Shown piece by piece: positions 29,928 through 40,156 of a stretch of 64,000 bases of DNA. Position 1 is the first letter of the stretch, and every line of letters starts with the position of its first letter. A program made the translations under genes and the position numbers. The DNA lies in assembly GCA_965220175.1 (NCBI GenBank), contig OZ244814.1:1952390-2016389 (forward strand), given 5' to 3'. The notes beneath the pieces are model-generated. The model ran no database searches, had not been told where the DNA came from, and saw only the letters and a list, made by a program, of their open reading frames with translations. This DNA is from Chloroflexota bacterium. Its GTDB lineage: Bacteria; Chloroflexota; UBA11872; VXOZ01.

Positions 29928-30689
29928 GTGAAATTCGTGCGCTATCAGGACGGATCGTGCCCGGCGTGGGGAATAGTGGAGGGCGATACGGTAACACCAG
30001 TGCTAGGAGATCCATTTACGGGTTGGACAAAGACAAACCGAACACTCGCTCCGTGGGACCTGCACGTATTGCCGCCCGCGACACCGACGAAGGTGATCTG
30101 CGTTGGACTGAACTACAAACTGCATGCAGAAGAGAGCGGGATGGAGATTCCCAAGGAACCGATGCTCTTCTTGAAGCCGCCCACGGCCGTTATCGGCCCG
30201 GAGGAAGGGGTGATCTATTCCCACCTCACGTCGCGGTTGGACTACGAATGCGAGTTGGCAATCATAATCGGCAAGACGGCGCACCGAGTATCGGTCGATG
30301 ATGCGTATGGAGTGGTAGCCGGATACACCTGTGCTAATGACGTTAGCGCACGCGATCTGCAGCAGCAGGACGGCCAATGGGCGCGAGCGAAGGGCATGGA
30401 TACGTTTTGCCCCCTAGGTCCGGTCCTCGTCAATGAAATCGATCCGGTCGGCCTGCGCATTCAGACCAAGCTCAATGGTGAGACAAAGCAAGACAGCAAC
30501 ACGGCCGACATGGTTTTCAAGCCCGACTTCATTGTGCACTTCGTGTCACAGGCATTCACGCTGTTTCCGGGTGACGTGATCATTACCGGAACGCCGAGCG
30601 GAATAGGCCCTATGCAGGTTGGTGACCGCGTGGAAGTGCTCATCGACAATATCGGTACGCTCGCTAACCCAATAGTGGCGCCGGAGTAG
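29928..30689 (+). CDS. Fumarylacetoacetate hydrolase family protein
   Basis: KVICVGLNY, FLKPP, DYECEL, NDVSARD, TGTPSG; GTG start after AAGGAG. Confidence 0.93.
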   Translation: MKFVRYQDGSCPAWGIVEGDTVTPVLGDPFTGWTKTNRTLAPWDLHVLPPATPTKVICVGLNYKLHAEESGMEIPKEPMLFLKPPTAVIGPEEGVIYSHLTSRLDYECELAIIIGKTAHRVSVDDAYGVVAGYTCANDVSARDLQQQDGQWARAKGMDTFCPLGPVLVNEIDPVGLRIQTKLNGETKQDSNTADMVFKPDFIVHFVSQAFTLFPGDVIITGTPSGIGPMQVGDRVEVLIDNIGTLANPIVAPE

Positions 30690-30958
30690 CCTTGGGGCGT
30701 CCCGGTTTTGTAACTGAGCGCGCGCTTGCGGCGAAAGTGCCGATCACAAGCTGAAGGACCATTGCGCTTGCGTCCTAAGCTCATGAAATGGCTGCATCCC
30801 TAGCCGTCACGGTGGCTGGTGAACCGGCGCCATGTACGTGCTTCGTGTCGTTGGCTGTGGGACGTCAGCGCTGTCTCCGCACCCTAAGTCTGCATAGAGT
30901 ATCCTGTACTGCTCCTTGTAGGCTCAACCCGCAGTCTAATATGTCAGCGTTAGGCGGA

Positions 30959-31657
30959 CTATCCCAGAAAAACGGGAATCCGCTGACTCAACTGTGCGGA
31001 GTGCAAGGTGATCTCGCAGCCATAGGCGATGAGTTCTACGCCGGCGCGATGAGCGGCTTGAAGGGCTAGCGCAAATTCCGGGTCGGTGCGGCTGTTGGCG
31101 GCGACGCTACACGCATCCCCGCGTTGGACGACGAACAACGTAACTGCCCGCGCGCCGGAGAGCCTGAGCCTCGTCAGTTCCGCCAGGTGCTTGCGCCCGC
31201 GCTCCGTTGGCGCATCGGGGAAGAGGCCTTGCCCGTCCTCCACGAGAGTGACCGATTTTACCTCCACCCAGCAGTCTTCGTTGGCGTTCGCCAAGAGGAA
31301 GTCCAGGCGGCTGTGGCCGGCCCGGCGTTCGCGCTCCCAGGTAGCGTAGCGCTTGAATTCGGGCAGTTTACCTTGTGCCAACGCTTCCTCGACGAGCAGA
31401 TTAGGCAGGCTCGTATTCAGCGACACGAGTGTTTGACCTTGCTCCACGAGCCACACTTGGTAGGGCGTTTTGCGGTGCGTCCCAGGCTTTGGTTCCAGCC
31501 ACATGCGGGCGCCGGGCAACAGCAACTCGCGCAGCCGACCGGGATCCGGCAAGTGAGCGGAGACGGCTTTGCTCCGGTTCGGAAGCTGCACGAGGCACGT
31601 GAATCGGTTTGGCCGCGAAAGGAAACAAGCCTCTTGCAGGGGGGTGGGTAACTTCAA
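30959..31657 (-). CDS. sfsA: DNA/RNA nuclease SfsA
   Basis: RPNRF, DPGRLRELL, SRLDFLL, VEVKSVTL, FPDAPTERGRKHL. Confidence 0.93.
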   Translation of the reverse strand: MKLPTPLQEACFLSRPNRFTCLVQLPNRSKAVSAHLPDPGRLRELLLPGARMWLEPKPGTHRKTPYQVWLVEQGQTLVSLNTSLPNLLVEEALAQGKLPEFKRYATWERERRAGHSRLDFLLANANEDCWVEVKSVTLVEDGQGLFPDAPTERGRKHLAELTRLRLSGARAVTLFVVQRGDACSVAANSRTDPEFALALQAAHRAGVELIAYGCEITLHSAQLSQRIPVFLG

Positions 31658-32607
31658 GAGTAGTCGCTGGCAAGGCTATGGAGCTGATCGGCCAGATCCA
31701 CGAATGCGTCCACGTCTTCCAAGCGCTGCCACCAGCGATCCGGCAAGCCGGACAGCCCGTGTGAGGCGCCGACGAGCGCACCGCAAACGGCACCGGTCGC
31801 CTGACTTGCTCCTCCCAGGTTTATGGCCTCGACAACCGCGGACTCCGCGGTTTCCGTGCGCAAGAGGCACACAATTGCCGCTTCCAGGGCATCAAATGCC
31901 ATGGTGGAGGGGTGAATGTAGGAAGTAGCTTCCAATTGCGACAGACGCTCCAGGACCGGAACGGGAACGTCGTAGTCTTCCATGTGATCTACTATGAGCT
32001 TGAGGGAGTCTTTGATCGAATTGTCGGCTATGAGCGCGGAGATAATGAGATTGAGAGTGACGGCTGCCCAGCTCCACATGCGATCATAGTGTGTGAGCCT
32101 GGCGCTGCTGTAGGTGGCGGCGATGTTTTGCTCCGGATGTTGGGCGAATATCAGAGCCAGGGGGGCGCAACGGCCGACGACGTGGATGCCTGTCGTCTTG
32201 CCGCCGGACTCCCAGTAGGTCAATGACGATGCGTGTTCCCACATCATCCCGGTGGCAACTTTCGCAAGCGTACGGTTGGTGACGTCCTGGGAGAGGACGC
32301 CCTGGGAACTGAACGACCAGGCAACCAAGCGTTGCAAGGCGTCTTCCGGATCATACTCGCCGCAGGCTACGAGACTCTCCGCAAGGCAGCGCGCTTGATT
32401 GGCAATTTCACCGGCACACGCAGCCGGTCCTCGTACGTCGCGCAGTACACCAAAGCGAGCGCGGATGTCCGGCCGTGTCATGCCTTCTGTCGTTGCGCCG
32501 AGGAATTCCCCAATCGCGAGCCCGACGAGCGTTCCCCGAAATCGGTCGAGTTGTTTCATACTCTTGACGGTACTCGGTCTATTATCTCGCTCATTCATGC
32601 AATGCAA
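31654..32607 (-). CDS. ADP-ribosylglycohydrolase-fold protein, catalytic motifs degenerate
   Basis: DRFRGTLVGLAIG..LG, ARLTH, AINLGG...GAVCGALVGASHG..GLPDRW. Confidence 0.82.
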   Translation of the reverse strand: MHCMNERDNRPSTVKSMKQLDRFRGTLVGLAIGEFLGATTEGMTRPDIRARFGVLRDVRGPAACAGEIANQARCLAESLVACGEYDPEDALQRLVAWSFSSQGVLSQDVTNRTLAKVATGMMWEHASSLTYWESGGKTTGIHVVGRCAPLALIFAQHPEQNIAATYSSARLTHYDRMWSWAAVTLNLIISALIADNSIKDSLKLIVDHMEDYDVPVPVLERLSQLEATSYIHPSTMAFDALEAAIVCLLRTETAESAVVEAINLGGASQATGAVCGALVGASHGLSGLPDRWWQRLEDVDAFVDLADQLHSLASDYS

Positions 32608-32620
32608 TCACACATCTCGC

Positions 32621-33358
32621 CTAATTGCGAGAGAAGTGCAAGCGAAAGACTATTGAACGTACAACGTCCTGACACATGCTGCAAAGAAGCGGAGAGTCGT
32701 CTTCTCTCGCGGTTGCGGCTGCCATCAACTCATCGATCGACTGCGCTTCATACATGATACAGGTCATGGCGCATGGGCGTGCGGGGGCGCGCGGGGGATC
32801 AGCTCTTCGCTTTGCGCGGCGCTGATCCGCACACTGTGATCCCGTAGATAGACCGACCAAGAGTCCAAAGTTGTGCATAACGAGACTGCGCAGACACTTG
32901 AGGCGCAAGTCGCTGTCGGCAATCTGGGCAAGGTGGCGCAGGGAGATTACGGCAACCAGATCAGGCTCGGTACATGCAAATACCGAGGGAAAGTCGCCGC
33001 TCGTTTCCGTGATGTCATTCCGCAACTCTGTGTGCAAGAGTGCGAGGTCCAGGTGGGGATCGACATGCTGCCAGGGTTCAAAGCGCACGATTTCAATGAA
33101 CGTCGCGGCAGAGACCTGTCCTGTGTTGTGGTCGAGGCTGGATTCCCAATACCAACGAAACGAATGGTAGGCTTCCTCACCGGCCGTGCCCTTCAAGATC
33201 CAGTTGCCGTACGGACGGAGCACGATTGGCGCGAGTCCGATATCCTGCTCGCTGGCGACATCCTGCAGATAGCGGAGAAAGTCGCGCATGGCGCCAATGG
33301 ACTCTTTGGCTTCAGCTTCGCTCACACCGTCGGACCAGAGGATGGTGATCGGTTTCAT
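32621..33358 (-). CDS. Hypothetical protein, archaemetzincin-like with degenerate Zn motif
   Basis: AVIS..., MHNFGLLVGL, TCIM, LCSMCQ spacing resembles peptidase M54. Confidence 0.55.
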   Translation of the reverse strand: MKPITILWSDGVSEAEAKESIGAMRDFLRYLQDVASEQDIGLAPIVLRPYGNWILKGTAGEEAYHSFRWYWESSLDHNTGQVSAATFIEIVRFEPWQHVDPHLDLALLHTELRNDITETSGDFPSVFACTEPDLVAVISLRHLAQIADSDLRLKCLRSLVMHNFGLLVGLSTGSQCADQRRAKRRADPPRAPARPCAMTCIMYEAQSIDELMAAATAREDDSPLLCSMCQDVVRSIVFRLHFSRN

Positions 33359-34428
33359 GACCGCATCGCTTGTTCGAAGGATTGGATCTCCTGTGAGCCG
33401 TCCAACACGCCGATTTCCAGGTGAAACTCCTGCACCTCTCCCGGTTCCAAGGTGTGCAACCTGCCTTCGCTGCGCTCAATTGCGCGCCCGAGCGTCAGGC
33501 TATTGCCTGGTTCCAAGCCAACGACATACTCATCGCTGTTCATCATCTTCCACTCGGTAAAGCACGGCAGCTCGAGCGGGTCGTAGCGCAGGTAGACGCC
33601 AATGCCGTCGCCTAGGCCGGGATTGACGATGGCGGCTTGCACCTGTCCCGCAGCATTAGGCTTCATCGCATGGAAATATACCCGTTCCGCATAATCTGAA
33701 GTCGGGTCCTCGAAGCGATCGTACCGTTCGCGCCCCACTTGAGCGGCCTCGTCACGCGGCTCCACGTGATCGGTAGGCAAAAGCAGGCGCGACTCTGGGT
33801 GTACTAAGGGAAACCCCAGGTTGAAGTGATAGAGCAACATGAACGGACTGGGCTTGCGCCCCCTGTTCTCCACGCGATCGTGTAAAAAGAAGCGCGGCTC
33901 ACCCAGACGCGCTGTAATCGTGCGTGTAAGCACCAGTGTGTTGCCGAAGACGGTGCTCTCCGTTAGACGGCCTTGGACGCGCATGACGTAATCGTCGCCG
34001 TCCCAGTCGTTGTCGACCAGGACATTGCGCGCCGCGGTATAGGATATGCGACCGTGAATGCCGAACTCTTCTTCCCGGTCCGTGCTGGGCGCGCCCATGT
34101 AGGTCAGCCCGCAGGTGGTGAGGAGGCCGCCAAAGAACCCACGGAGCCAACCCATTCCCTGCGGTTCGAAGTAGGCGCTATGTACATCGCCGGTGCGCGA
34201 GCGCCAGGCAAGAGGAATGCCCTTATACTCGGCGTGTACGATGTCCAGGCCGCGTGTCGGCGCAACCCAAAGATTCAGTCCCGAGCCCGTGCGCAATTCC
34301 GCGGCAAGCATGGCGTCCTCCGGCCCTTCTTCCCAACGGAGACGCCGGGCCCCACCCACCTGGTCCATGCTTCCGACGCGTGAGAGCAATTCCTCGCGTG
34401 AATACGACCTATTCCATAGCGTGGGCAT
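33355..34428 (-). CDS. Aldose 1-epimerase-like protein (DUF4432)
   Basis: RGLDI, GGLLTTCGL, GIHGRIS, LYHFNLGFPL, YVVGLEPG. Confidence 0.9.
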   Translation of the reverse strand: MPTLWNRSYSREELLSRVGSMDQVGGARRLRWEEGPEDAMLAAELRTGSGLNLWVAPTRGLDIVHAEYKGIPLAWRSRTGDVHSAYFEPQGMGWLRGFFGGLLTTCGLTYMGAPSTDREEEFGIHGRISYTAARNVLVDNDWDGDDYVMRVQGRLTESTVFGNTLVLTRTITARLGEPRFFLHDRVENRGRKPSPFMLLYHFNLGFPLVHPESRLLLPTDHVEPRDEAAQVGRERYDRFEDPTSDYAERVYFHAMKPNAAGQVQAAIVNPGLGDGIGVYLRYDPLELPCFTEWKMMNSDEYVVGLEPGNSLTLGRAIERSEGRLHTLEPGEVQEFHLEIGVLDGSQEIQSFEQAMRS

Positions 34429-34433
34429 GGTAT

Positions 34434-34808
34434 TCAGTTTGCCTCCACAGCACTGCGAATGAGCGTGATTTCAGGTGATGACTTTGGGCCGCCCAAGACA
34501 GCGACTACGTCAATGCGCCAGTTGCCCTCGATCTGTGCAGTGTCCTGCAAGTAGTGCTGCGCTGCCGCAATGATGTGGGCAGCCTTTGCCGGGGTTACTG
34601 CCTCTTGAGGAGGGCCAAAGCTGGACGTGCGCCGGGTCTTCACTTCAACGAAGACGATGGCATCACCTTCTTGCGCAACAATGTCTAATTCTCCGGCAGG
34701 CGTGCGATAGTTTCGCGATAGGACGGTGTAGCCCTGCTCGGTGAGGTAGCGGGCGGCGACTTCCTCTCCCCAGCGTCCGATGGCCAGGCGCTGCCTGCTT
34801 GCATTCAC
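34434..34808 (-). CDS. yraN: YraN family endonuclease
   Basis: GRWGEEVAARYL, GELDIVA, FVEVKTR, RIDVV. Confidence 0.93.
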   Translation of the reverse strand: MNASRQRLAIGRWGEEVAARYLTEQGYTVLSRNYRTPAGELDIVAQEGDAIVFVEVKTRRTSSFGPPQEAVTPAKAAHIIAAAQHYLQDTAQIEGNWRIDVVAVLGGPKSSPEITLIRSAVEAN

Positions 34809-35644
34809 AGTTCCGCACTTCTCCGGAAGGTCGATTCGTCGTAGATTCTTGGCGCCGTGGTTTCTGCGGGGTCGTGGCTAGGGACTTGGTGATTGTAAGC
34901 AGGGACGGTGCCGGCAGGAGAAGTGAGCGTTGATTGAGATGCGGGGAAAAGTTCCGACGCTGCCCGCATCACCGGCTGGAATGACATGCGGTGAATGGCA
35001 CACGGTCCAACGCGAAACAGGGCCTGCTGGTGTTCGCGCGTCCCATATCCCTTATTCTTGGCAAAAAAGTAACTTGGGTAGACCGTATCGAAGCGCTGCA
35101 TCAACCGGTCGCGATGCACTTTGGCCAGAATCGAGGCCATTGCCACTGAGAGGCAACGCTGATCGGCCTTGGGATGGGATTCAGACGGAATGGGAGAGTC
35201 GGACAGTCTCACAGCGTCTGTAAGGAGAACGTCAGGCGCGAGCGGGAGTCGCGTAGAAAGATCATCGTAGGCTCGCCGAATGGCGAGACGGATGGCAGCG
35301 CCGAAGCCGTCTTCCGCGATTTCGCGGGAGGAAGCGGCGCCGAGGCCCCAAGCGTCAACGTGGGCCACAATGTGCGGTACAAGCGCCACGCGCTGCTGCG
35401 GAGTGAGTAGCTTAGAGTCGTTAATCTCATGCAGGTCCGCGGGAAGCGAGCAAATGAGGTTGCTACGAATGGCGACCATGCCTGCGACGACGGGTCCGGC
35501 CCAAGCGCCACGCCCTACTTCATCCGTACCGGCAATCGACGAGGCGCCCCGGTGCAGCCACGACCGTTCAATCGCGAGGTTATCAAGGTGAGCGGATGTG
35601 CGCATGACACAATAATGCCCGCTTGACGTAACGCGAGCGGGCAT
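34805..35644 (-). CDS. rnhB: Ribonuclease HII
   Basis: GTDEVGRGAWAGPV, DSKLL, ASILAKVHRD, NKGYGT; start uncertain. Confidence 0.95.
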   Translation of the reverse strand: MPARVTSSGHYCVMRTSAHLDNLAIERSWLHRGASSIAGTDEVGRGAWAGPVVAGMVAIRSNLICSLPADLHEINDSKLLTPQQRVALVPHIVAHVDAWGLGAASSREIAEDGFGAAIRLAIRRAYDDLSTRLPLAPDVLLTDAVRLSDSPIPSESHPKADQRCLSVAMASILAKVHRDRLMQRFDTVYPSYFFAKNKGYGTREHQQALFRVGPCAIHRMSFQPVMRAASELFPASQSTLTSPAGTVPAYNHQVPSHDPAETTAPRIYDESTFRRSAEL

Positions 35645-35664
35645 TCCTTCTAGCTGTGTACCGA

Positions 35665-36015
35665 CTACCGGCGTTCCTTGATGCGTGCTGCTTTGCCGAC
35701 GCGGTCTCTGAGATAGTAGAGCTTGGCGCGCCGTACTCTGCCGCGCCGCACCACGCTAAGGCTCTCAATGCGTGGGGAGTGAAGCAAGAACGTTCGCTCT
35801 ACGCCAATGCCATGGGTTGTGCGCCGCACGGTGAAGTTCTCGTTAATTCCCGATGCGCGACGCGAAAGCACGACGCCTTCAAACGCTTGCGTGCGCTCAC
35901 GACCGCTCTCCACCACCTTTACGTTTACACGTACGGTGTCCCCAGGGCCGAATTCCGGCAAATCAGACTTTAGCTGCTTGCCAACAATGTCATCAACTAT
36001 CGTAGCCATCTTCAA
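35665..36015 (-). CDS. rplS: 50S ribosomal protein L19
   Basis: [25 protein letters not shown]. Confidence 0.98.
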   Translation of the reverse strand: MKMATIVDDIVGKQLKSDLPEFGPGDTVRVNVKVVESGRERTQAFEGVVLSRRASGINENFTVRRTTHGIGVERTFLLHSPRIESLSVVRRGRVRRAKLYYLRDRVGKAARIKERR

Positions 36016-36058
36016 TTCTCATGGTTATTGCAACTGTCACTCTTGCTACAGTAGCACA

Positions 36059-36799
36059 CTAGCTGGATGACTCGCAATTGGGCTTGGACGCAAGGTAGGT
36101 TCTGTCTTCCTCACTGAGGTCGGCACTCGCGAGCAGATCGGGGCGGCGTTCACGCGTGCGCAGGAGCGACTGCCGGCGGCGCCAGTTGGCAATCTGTGCG
36201 TGATTGCCGGATAGGAGAATGTCGGGCACTTTCTTGCCCTGGAAGGCGGCGGGGCGCGTATAGTGAGGATATTCCAGGAGGCCTGCTGCGAACGACTCCT
36301 CACCCACGGCCGCCGCGCCGCCGCCGAGCACGTCGGGCACGTGCCGGACCGCAGCATCAAGCAACACGAGGGCCGGCAACTCGCCACCGCTAACTACAAA
36401 GTCGCCGATGGATACCTCGTCATCTACCAGGTGGGCCGCTACACGTTCGTCCACCCCTTCATAGCGGCCGCAGAGCAGGATGAGATGCCCATGGCGTGCC
36501 ACGTCCGTGGCGATGGGCTGGTCCAGCAGCCGACCGGCAGGACTGAGCAAAATGACGTAGGCTTCCGGTGTCTTGAGGTCCGCAACGGCTCTGAAGAATG
36601 GTTCCGGCTTCATGACCATGCCGGTGCCGCCGCCAAATGTATAGTCGTCGGTAACCCGGTGTTTGCCTGCCGCCCAATTCCGTAGATTGTGCACGACAAC
36701 GGTGACGTGCCCGCCGCGCACCGCGCGGCTGATGGTGCCGTGGTCAAGCGGACCGCGAAAGTACTCGGGAAAGAGGGTGAGGATGTCTACGCGCATCAT
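36059..36799 (-). CDS. trmD: tRNA (guanine-N1)-methyltransferase
   Basis: LTLFPE, CGRYEGVDER, SIGDFVVSGGE, YPHYTRP. Confidence 0.98.
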   Translation of the reverse strand: MMRVDILTLFPEYFRGPLDHGTISRAVRGGHVTVVVHNLRNWAAGKHRVTDDYTFGGGTGMVMKPEPFFRAVADLKTPEAYVILLSPAGRLLDQPIATDVARHGHLILLCGRYEGVDERVAAHLVDDEVSIGDFVVSGGELPALVLLDAAVRHVPDVLGGGAAAVGEESFAAGLLEYPHYTRPAAFQGKKVPDILLSGNHAQIANWRRRQSLLRTRERRPDLLASADLSEEDRTYLASKPNCESSS

Positions 36800-36962
36800 G
36801 GGAGCCGGTTGCGGACTGAATGGTATTCAGCCGGAAACGCGATCGCTGGGTGTACCTCGTGGATCTTGCAAATCTCAGCGCCGCACCGAAAACCAAGAAC
36901 TTCTTGCTCCGATGCACAACGGGCGCTTGGTTCGGGAGCGTCGGGTGCACTGGATGAGAGCA

Positions 36963-37577
36963 TCAATCGGGGATCAGCCCGGGGATGAGGTTGACGACGA
37001 TGCGTTGGGATTCTACGTCGATGGTGCGCACGACTTCCGTTGTAGCCGGCAAGAGGATTTCGCCGCCGTCTTCGTTACGCACAATGTATACGTCGTTACT
37101 ACCGGTTGTAATGATCTCCGTGACGGTGCCGAGAAAGCCACCATCATCCGCGTAGACCTTGATCCCCTTGATTTGGTGGTGGTGAAAACTGCCGGCGGGG
37201 AGCGGCGCCAGTTCTGACTCAGGGAGCGCAACATAGGAGCGTGCAAACAGACCGGCCTTGTCGCGAAAATCTACGCCAACGAGCTTGAGCAGCACGCCCT
37301 TCGGCGTAAAGCGCGCCCTTTCTACGTCGTAAGGAGTGTGAGAGTCTCCAATGTACAGCCGCTTGAATGCTTGAAAGCGTTCGGGAAAGTCGGTGAGCAC
37401 CTCAACCCGTAGTTCTCCCCGCACACCGTGGGGAGCTCTTATCCGGCCAATAATGATCCATTCGTCGTATGGATCGCTCCGCTCTACCCTAACCGCTTCC
37501 CCGCTGCCACTCCTGCCGGTCGGCGGCTTAGATGATGTCAAGCGCGACACGGCGGCTCGACTCTCCAGCCGCGGCAC
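36963..37577 (-). CDS. rimM: 16S rRNA processing protein RimM
   Basis: IGRIRAPHGVRGE, TGSNDVY; start uncertain (overlaps khpA). Confidence 0.95.
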   Translation of the reverse strand: MPRLESRAAVSRLTSSKPPTGRSGSGEAVRVERSDPYDEWIIIGRIRAPHGVRGELRVEVLTDFPERFQAFKRLYIGDSHTPYDVERARFTPKGVLLKLVGVDFRDKAGLFARSYVALPESELAPLPAGSFHHHQIKGIKVYADDGGFLGTVTEIITTGSNDVYIVRNEDGGEILLPATTEVVRTIDVESQRIVVNLIPGLIPD

Positions 37578-37863
37578 GCATCACCGTGCGCAGCGCCTGC
37601 GCAATGCGGCCGTCTTTGCCAATGACTCTGCCCTTGTCTTCCTCGGCCACGCGCAACTCGTAGACGACGGCCTGGGAGCGGACAATTTCGCGCACCTGGA
37701 CTGCATCAACGTTGCGCACCAAGCCGTACGCCACGAATTCGATGAGGCCTGTCAAAGCGGGAATCGTGCCGCTGTCTCCACGATAGTCGCGACCCCCACC
37801 GCCATATTGCCGGGGCCCGCGGCGTCCGCCGTCCCGCGGCCTGCCTGATCGCCGCTGATACAT
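37528..37863 (-). CDS. khpA: KH-domain RNA-binding protein KhpA with RG-rich N-terminal extension
   Basis: DKGRVIGKDGRIAQALRTV; position between rpsP and rimM. Confidence 0.92.
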   Translation of the reverse strand: MYQRRSGRPRDGGRRGPRQYGGGGRDYRGDSGTIPALTGLIEFVAYGLVRNVDAVQVREIVRSQAVVYELRVAEEDKGRVIGKDGRIAQALRTVMRAAAGESSRRVALDII

Positions 37864-37865
37864 CT

Positions 37866-38108
37866 CTAGGCCTCCAGTCCCGCAATTGCAAGCAGCTTCC
37901 GCACGCGTTCCGTAGGCTGCGCACCCTTCTGCAACCACTCGTTGGCGCGCTCCGTGTCGATTTCAACGGTAGAGGGCTCGGTCCGTGGGTTGTAGTGTCC
38001 CAACAAGTCAACGTGGCTCCCATTACGCGGCATCCGAGAGTCCGCCACGACGACCCTATAGTGGGGTTGCTTTCGTTTGCCAATTCGCGCAAGCCGGATC
38101 TTAAGCAA
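37866..38108 (-). CDS. rpsP: 30S ribosomal protein S16
   Basis: LKIRLARIG, YRVVVADSR, GAQPTE. Confidence 0.98.
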   Translation of the reverse strand: MLKIRLARIGKRKQPHYRVVVADSRMPRNGSHVDLLGHYNPRTEPSTVEIDTERANEWLQKGAQPTERVRKLLAIAGLEA

Positions 38109-38199
38109 AACGCTCTTCCTCCTCGATAGAAAGTCTCAGTTCATTCGTCTTTACATTACAAGCATCGTAGTAACTTGATGTCAATTGTAGTGCCGCCAG

Positions 38200-38556
38200 T
38201 CAGTCTTTGTAGTCTTCGCGCGGCGGGGAAAATATGTCCAGAACAACAGTTGGTTCATCGGCCGTCGCGGCATGCGGTGTATTGCCGGGGATTACATAGG
38301 TCTCGCCCGGCGCCAGTTCCAGGAGATCCTCGCCGATGGTCAATTTCAGGGTGCCTTCCAACACATATCCGGTTTGCTCATTGGGGTGATGGTGCAACGG
38401 TACATCGCCACCCGGCGCAAACGTAATCTGGCAGATCATGGCTTTGTCACCGTATGCCAGAGTCCGGCGGTGTACGCCGGCAAACATCTCAACCGGATCG
38501 ACCTGGGCGGCACTCGCACGCATAGACTTTGTCTCGCTAACACTCAATTGACTCAA
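38200..38556 (-). CDS. Cupin domain protein
   Basis: [28 protein letters not shown]. Confidence 0.9.
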   Translation of the reverse strand: MSQLSVSETKSMRASAAQVDPVEMFAGVHRRTLAYGDKAMICQITFAPGGDVPLHHHPNEQTGYVLEGTLKLTIGEDLLELAPGETYVIPGNTPHAATADEPTVVLDIFSPPREDYKD

Positions 38557-38630
38557 GACACACCAAGCTAACGCCTCACGTATGGCGTCTGGTTAATCGT
38601 AGCAAAAGCGCTCTCTAACGACAAGTAACA

Positions 38631-39362
38631 TTGTTATTTCGCGGGTGGAGTGCTACGATGGGTGTGGTCACACTTCTGCTATTCAGCCTGTCTGACGCGA
38701 GGTCGGTTTTGTTTGCCCAATTGGCAGACCCTGCGGTATTTCTCGGACTGCTCCTTGCGCTTATCGTTGGCATTTCCGTGCATGAGTTCAGTCACGCGTG
38801 GATGGCCAATAGACTTGGTGACCCTACTGCCGCATCTCAGGGCAGGTTAACGCTAAACCCCCTATCCCATCTTGACCTGCTGGGCACCATCATGATCTTT
38901 CTCATCGGCTTTGGCTGGGGAAAGCCGGTGCCCTACAATCCTGCCAACCTACGCAATGGCCCTATTTCCGGAGGTGCGATGGTGGCAATAGCGGGTCCTG
39001 TCGCCAACATTGTGACTGCGGCTGCCATTGGGTTTCTTTTTCAGAACTTAATCACACTCTCGGGCGCTTCCCTTGATGCTACGTCTGAAGCGATCGCAAC
39101 CATCCTCGCGATTGTCGTCCAGATTAACATCGCATTGGCTGTCTTCAACATCATCCCAATTCCCCCGTTGGATGGCTATCGCGTGCTCTTGCGCTTCTTG
39201 CCGCCGCACCTTGTGCCTTCCATCACCCGGTTTGAAATACAGGGACCGTTTCTGTTGCTTCTCATCGTCCTCCTGGACCAGTGGTTCCTGCGGATTGGGA
39301 TCTTCAACGCCATACTTGGCCCACCAGTGTTCTTTCTCAGGGGCCTCTTTCTAGGGATTTAG
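38631..39362 (+). CDS. Site-2 protease (M50) family membrane metalloprotease
   Basis: HEFSH, GRLTLNP, AGPVAN, FNIIPIPPLDG. Confidence 0.93.
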   Translation: MLFRGWSATMGVVTLLLFSLSDARSVLFAQLADPAVFLGLLLALIVGISVHEFSHAWMANRLGDPTAASQGRLTLNPLSHLDLLGTIMIFLIGFGWGKPVPYNPANLRNGPISGGAMVAIAGPVANIVTAAAIGFLFQNLITLSGASLDATSEAIATILAIVVQINIALAVFNIIPIPPLDGYRVLLRFLPPHLVPSITRFEIQGPFLLLLIVLLDQWFLRIGIFNAILGPPVFFLRGLFLGI

Positions 39363-39363
39363 A

Positions 39364-40152
39364 ATGGGTTCTCCGCTGCCCAATGTCCGGCTCGCCGTAT
39401 TTGACGGCCCTCTGGAAGTCTTACTGCGGCTTGTGCAAGAGCAGAAACTTGACATAACCCAGCTCTCATTGTTTGCGGTGACCACGCAGTTTCTCGCGCA
39501 TGTCCGCGCCATGAATAAGCAAGACGGCCCGTTGCTTGCGGCATTTCTTCGAGTCGCAGCCCTACTCATGCATGGCAAGTCGCGGGCGCTCCTCCACGAG
39601 CCGCAAGAGTCTCTCGACGAGTTGGAAGAGTCCTTGGAAGATCAACTGCGGGGCTATGATCGCTTCAAGCGATTGATGGAAGCGGTCGCCGCCTGGCAGG
39701 AAGATTCCGACGTGGCGTACCAGCGCACGGCGGCTGCCCCTGTGGCACTGCCCATGCCTCCGGCCGACCTCGTGAACTATGCACCTGAAGACTTGATGAG
39801 TGCGCTGGCAGCGGTGTTGGAGGAGAAAGAAGAGGATCTGCCGGCCGTAGCGCGACGCACGGTGCACATCGAGACGTACATTGACCGCATCGGGACGCTG
39901 ATAGTGCTGCACGGCCGGACCGGATTCCGCGAACTCATCGAGCCCGCCGAATCGTTGGAGGAGATCGTAGTGGCCTTCTTGGCGGTGCTGGAGTATCTGC
40001 GTTTGGGCACGGCGACCGTCCGGCAAGCCGAACTCTACGCGGACATCCTAATAGTTGCGGCTGACTCCGAGCAGGCTGAGATGACTGCGGAGACTTCACT
40101 GACCGCCGAGTCTGGCGACACTGCCGCCGGCATATACGAAGAGGCGTGGTAA
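39364..40152 (+). CDS. scpA: Segregation and condensation protein A
   Basis: FDGPLEVLLRLV, KSRALL, FLAVLE; adjacent to scpB. Confidence 0.93.
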   Translation: MGSPLPNVRLAVFDGPLEVLLRLVQEQKLDITQLSLFAVTTQFLAHVRAMNKQDGPLLAAFLRVAALLMHGKSRALLHEPQESLDELEESLEDQLRGYDRFKRLMEAVAAWQEDSDVAYQRTAAAPVALPMPPADLVNYAPEDLMSALAAVLEEKEEDLPAVARRTVHIETYIDRIGTLIVLHGRTGFRELIEPAESLEEIVVAFLAVLEYLRLGTATVRQAELYADILIVAADSEQAEMTAETSLTAESGDTAAGIYEEAW

Positions 40153-40156
40153 GCGC

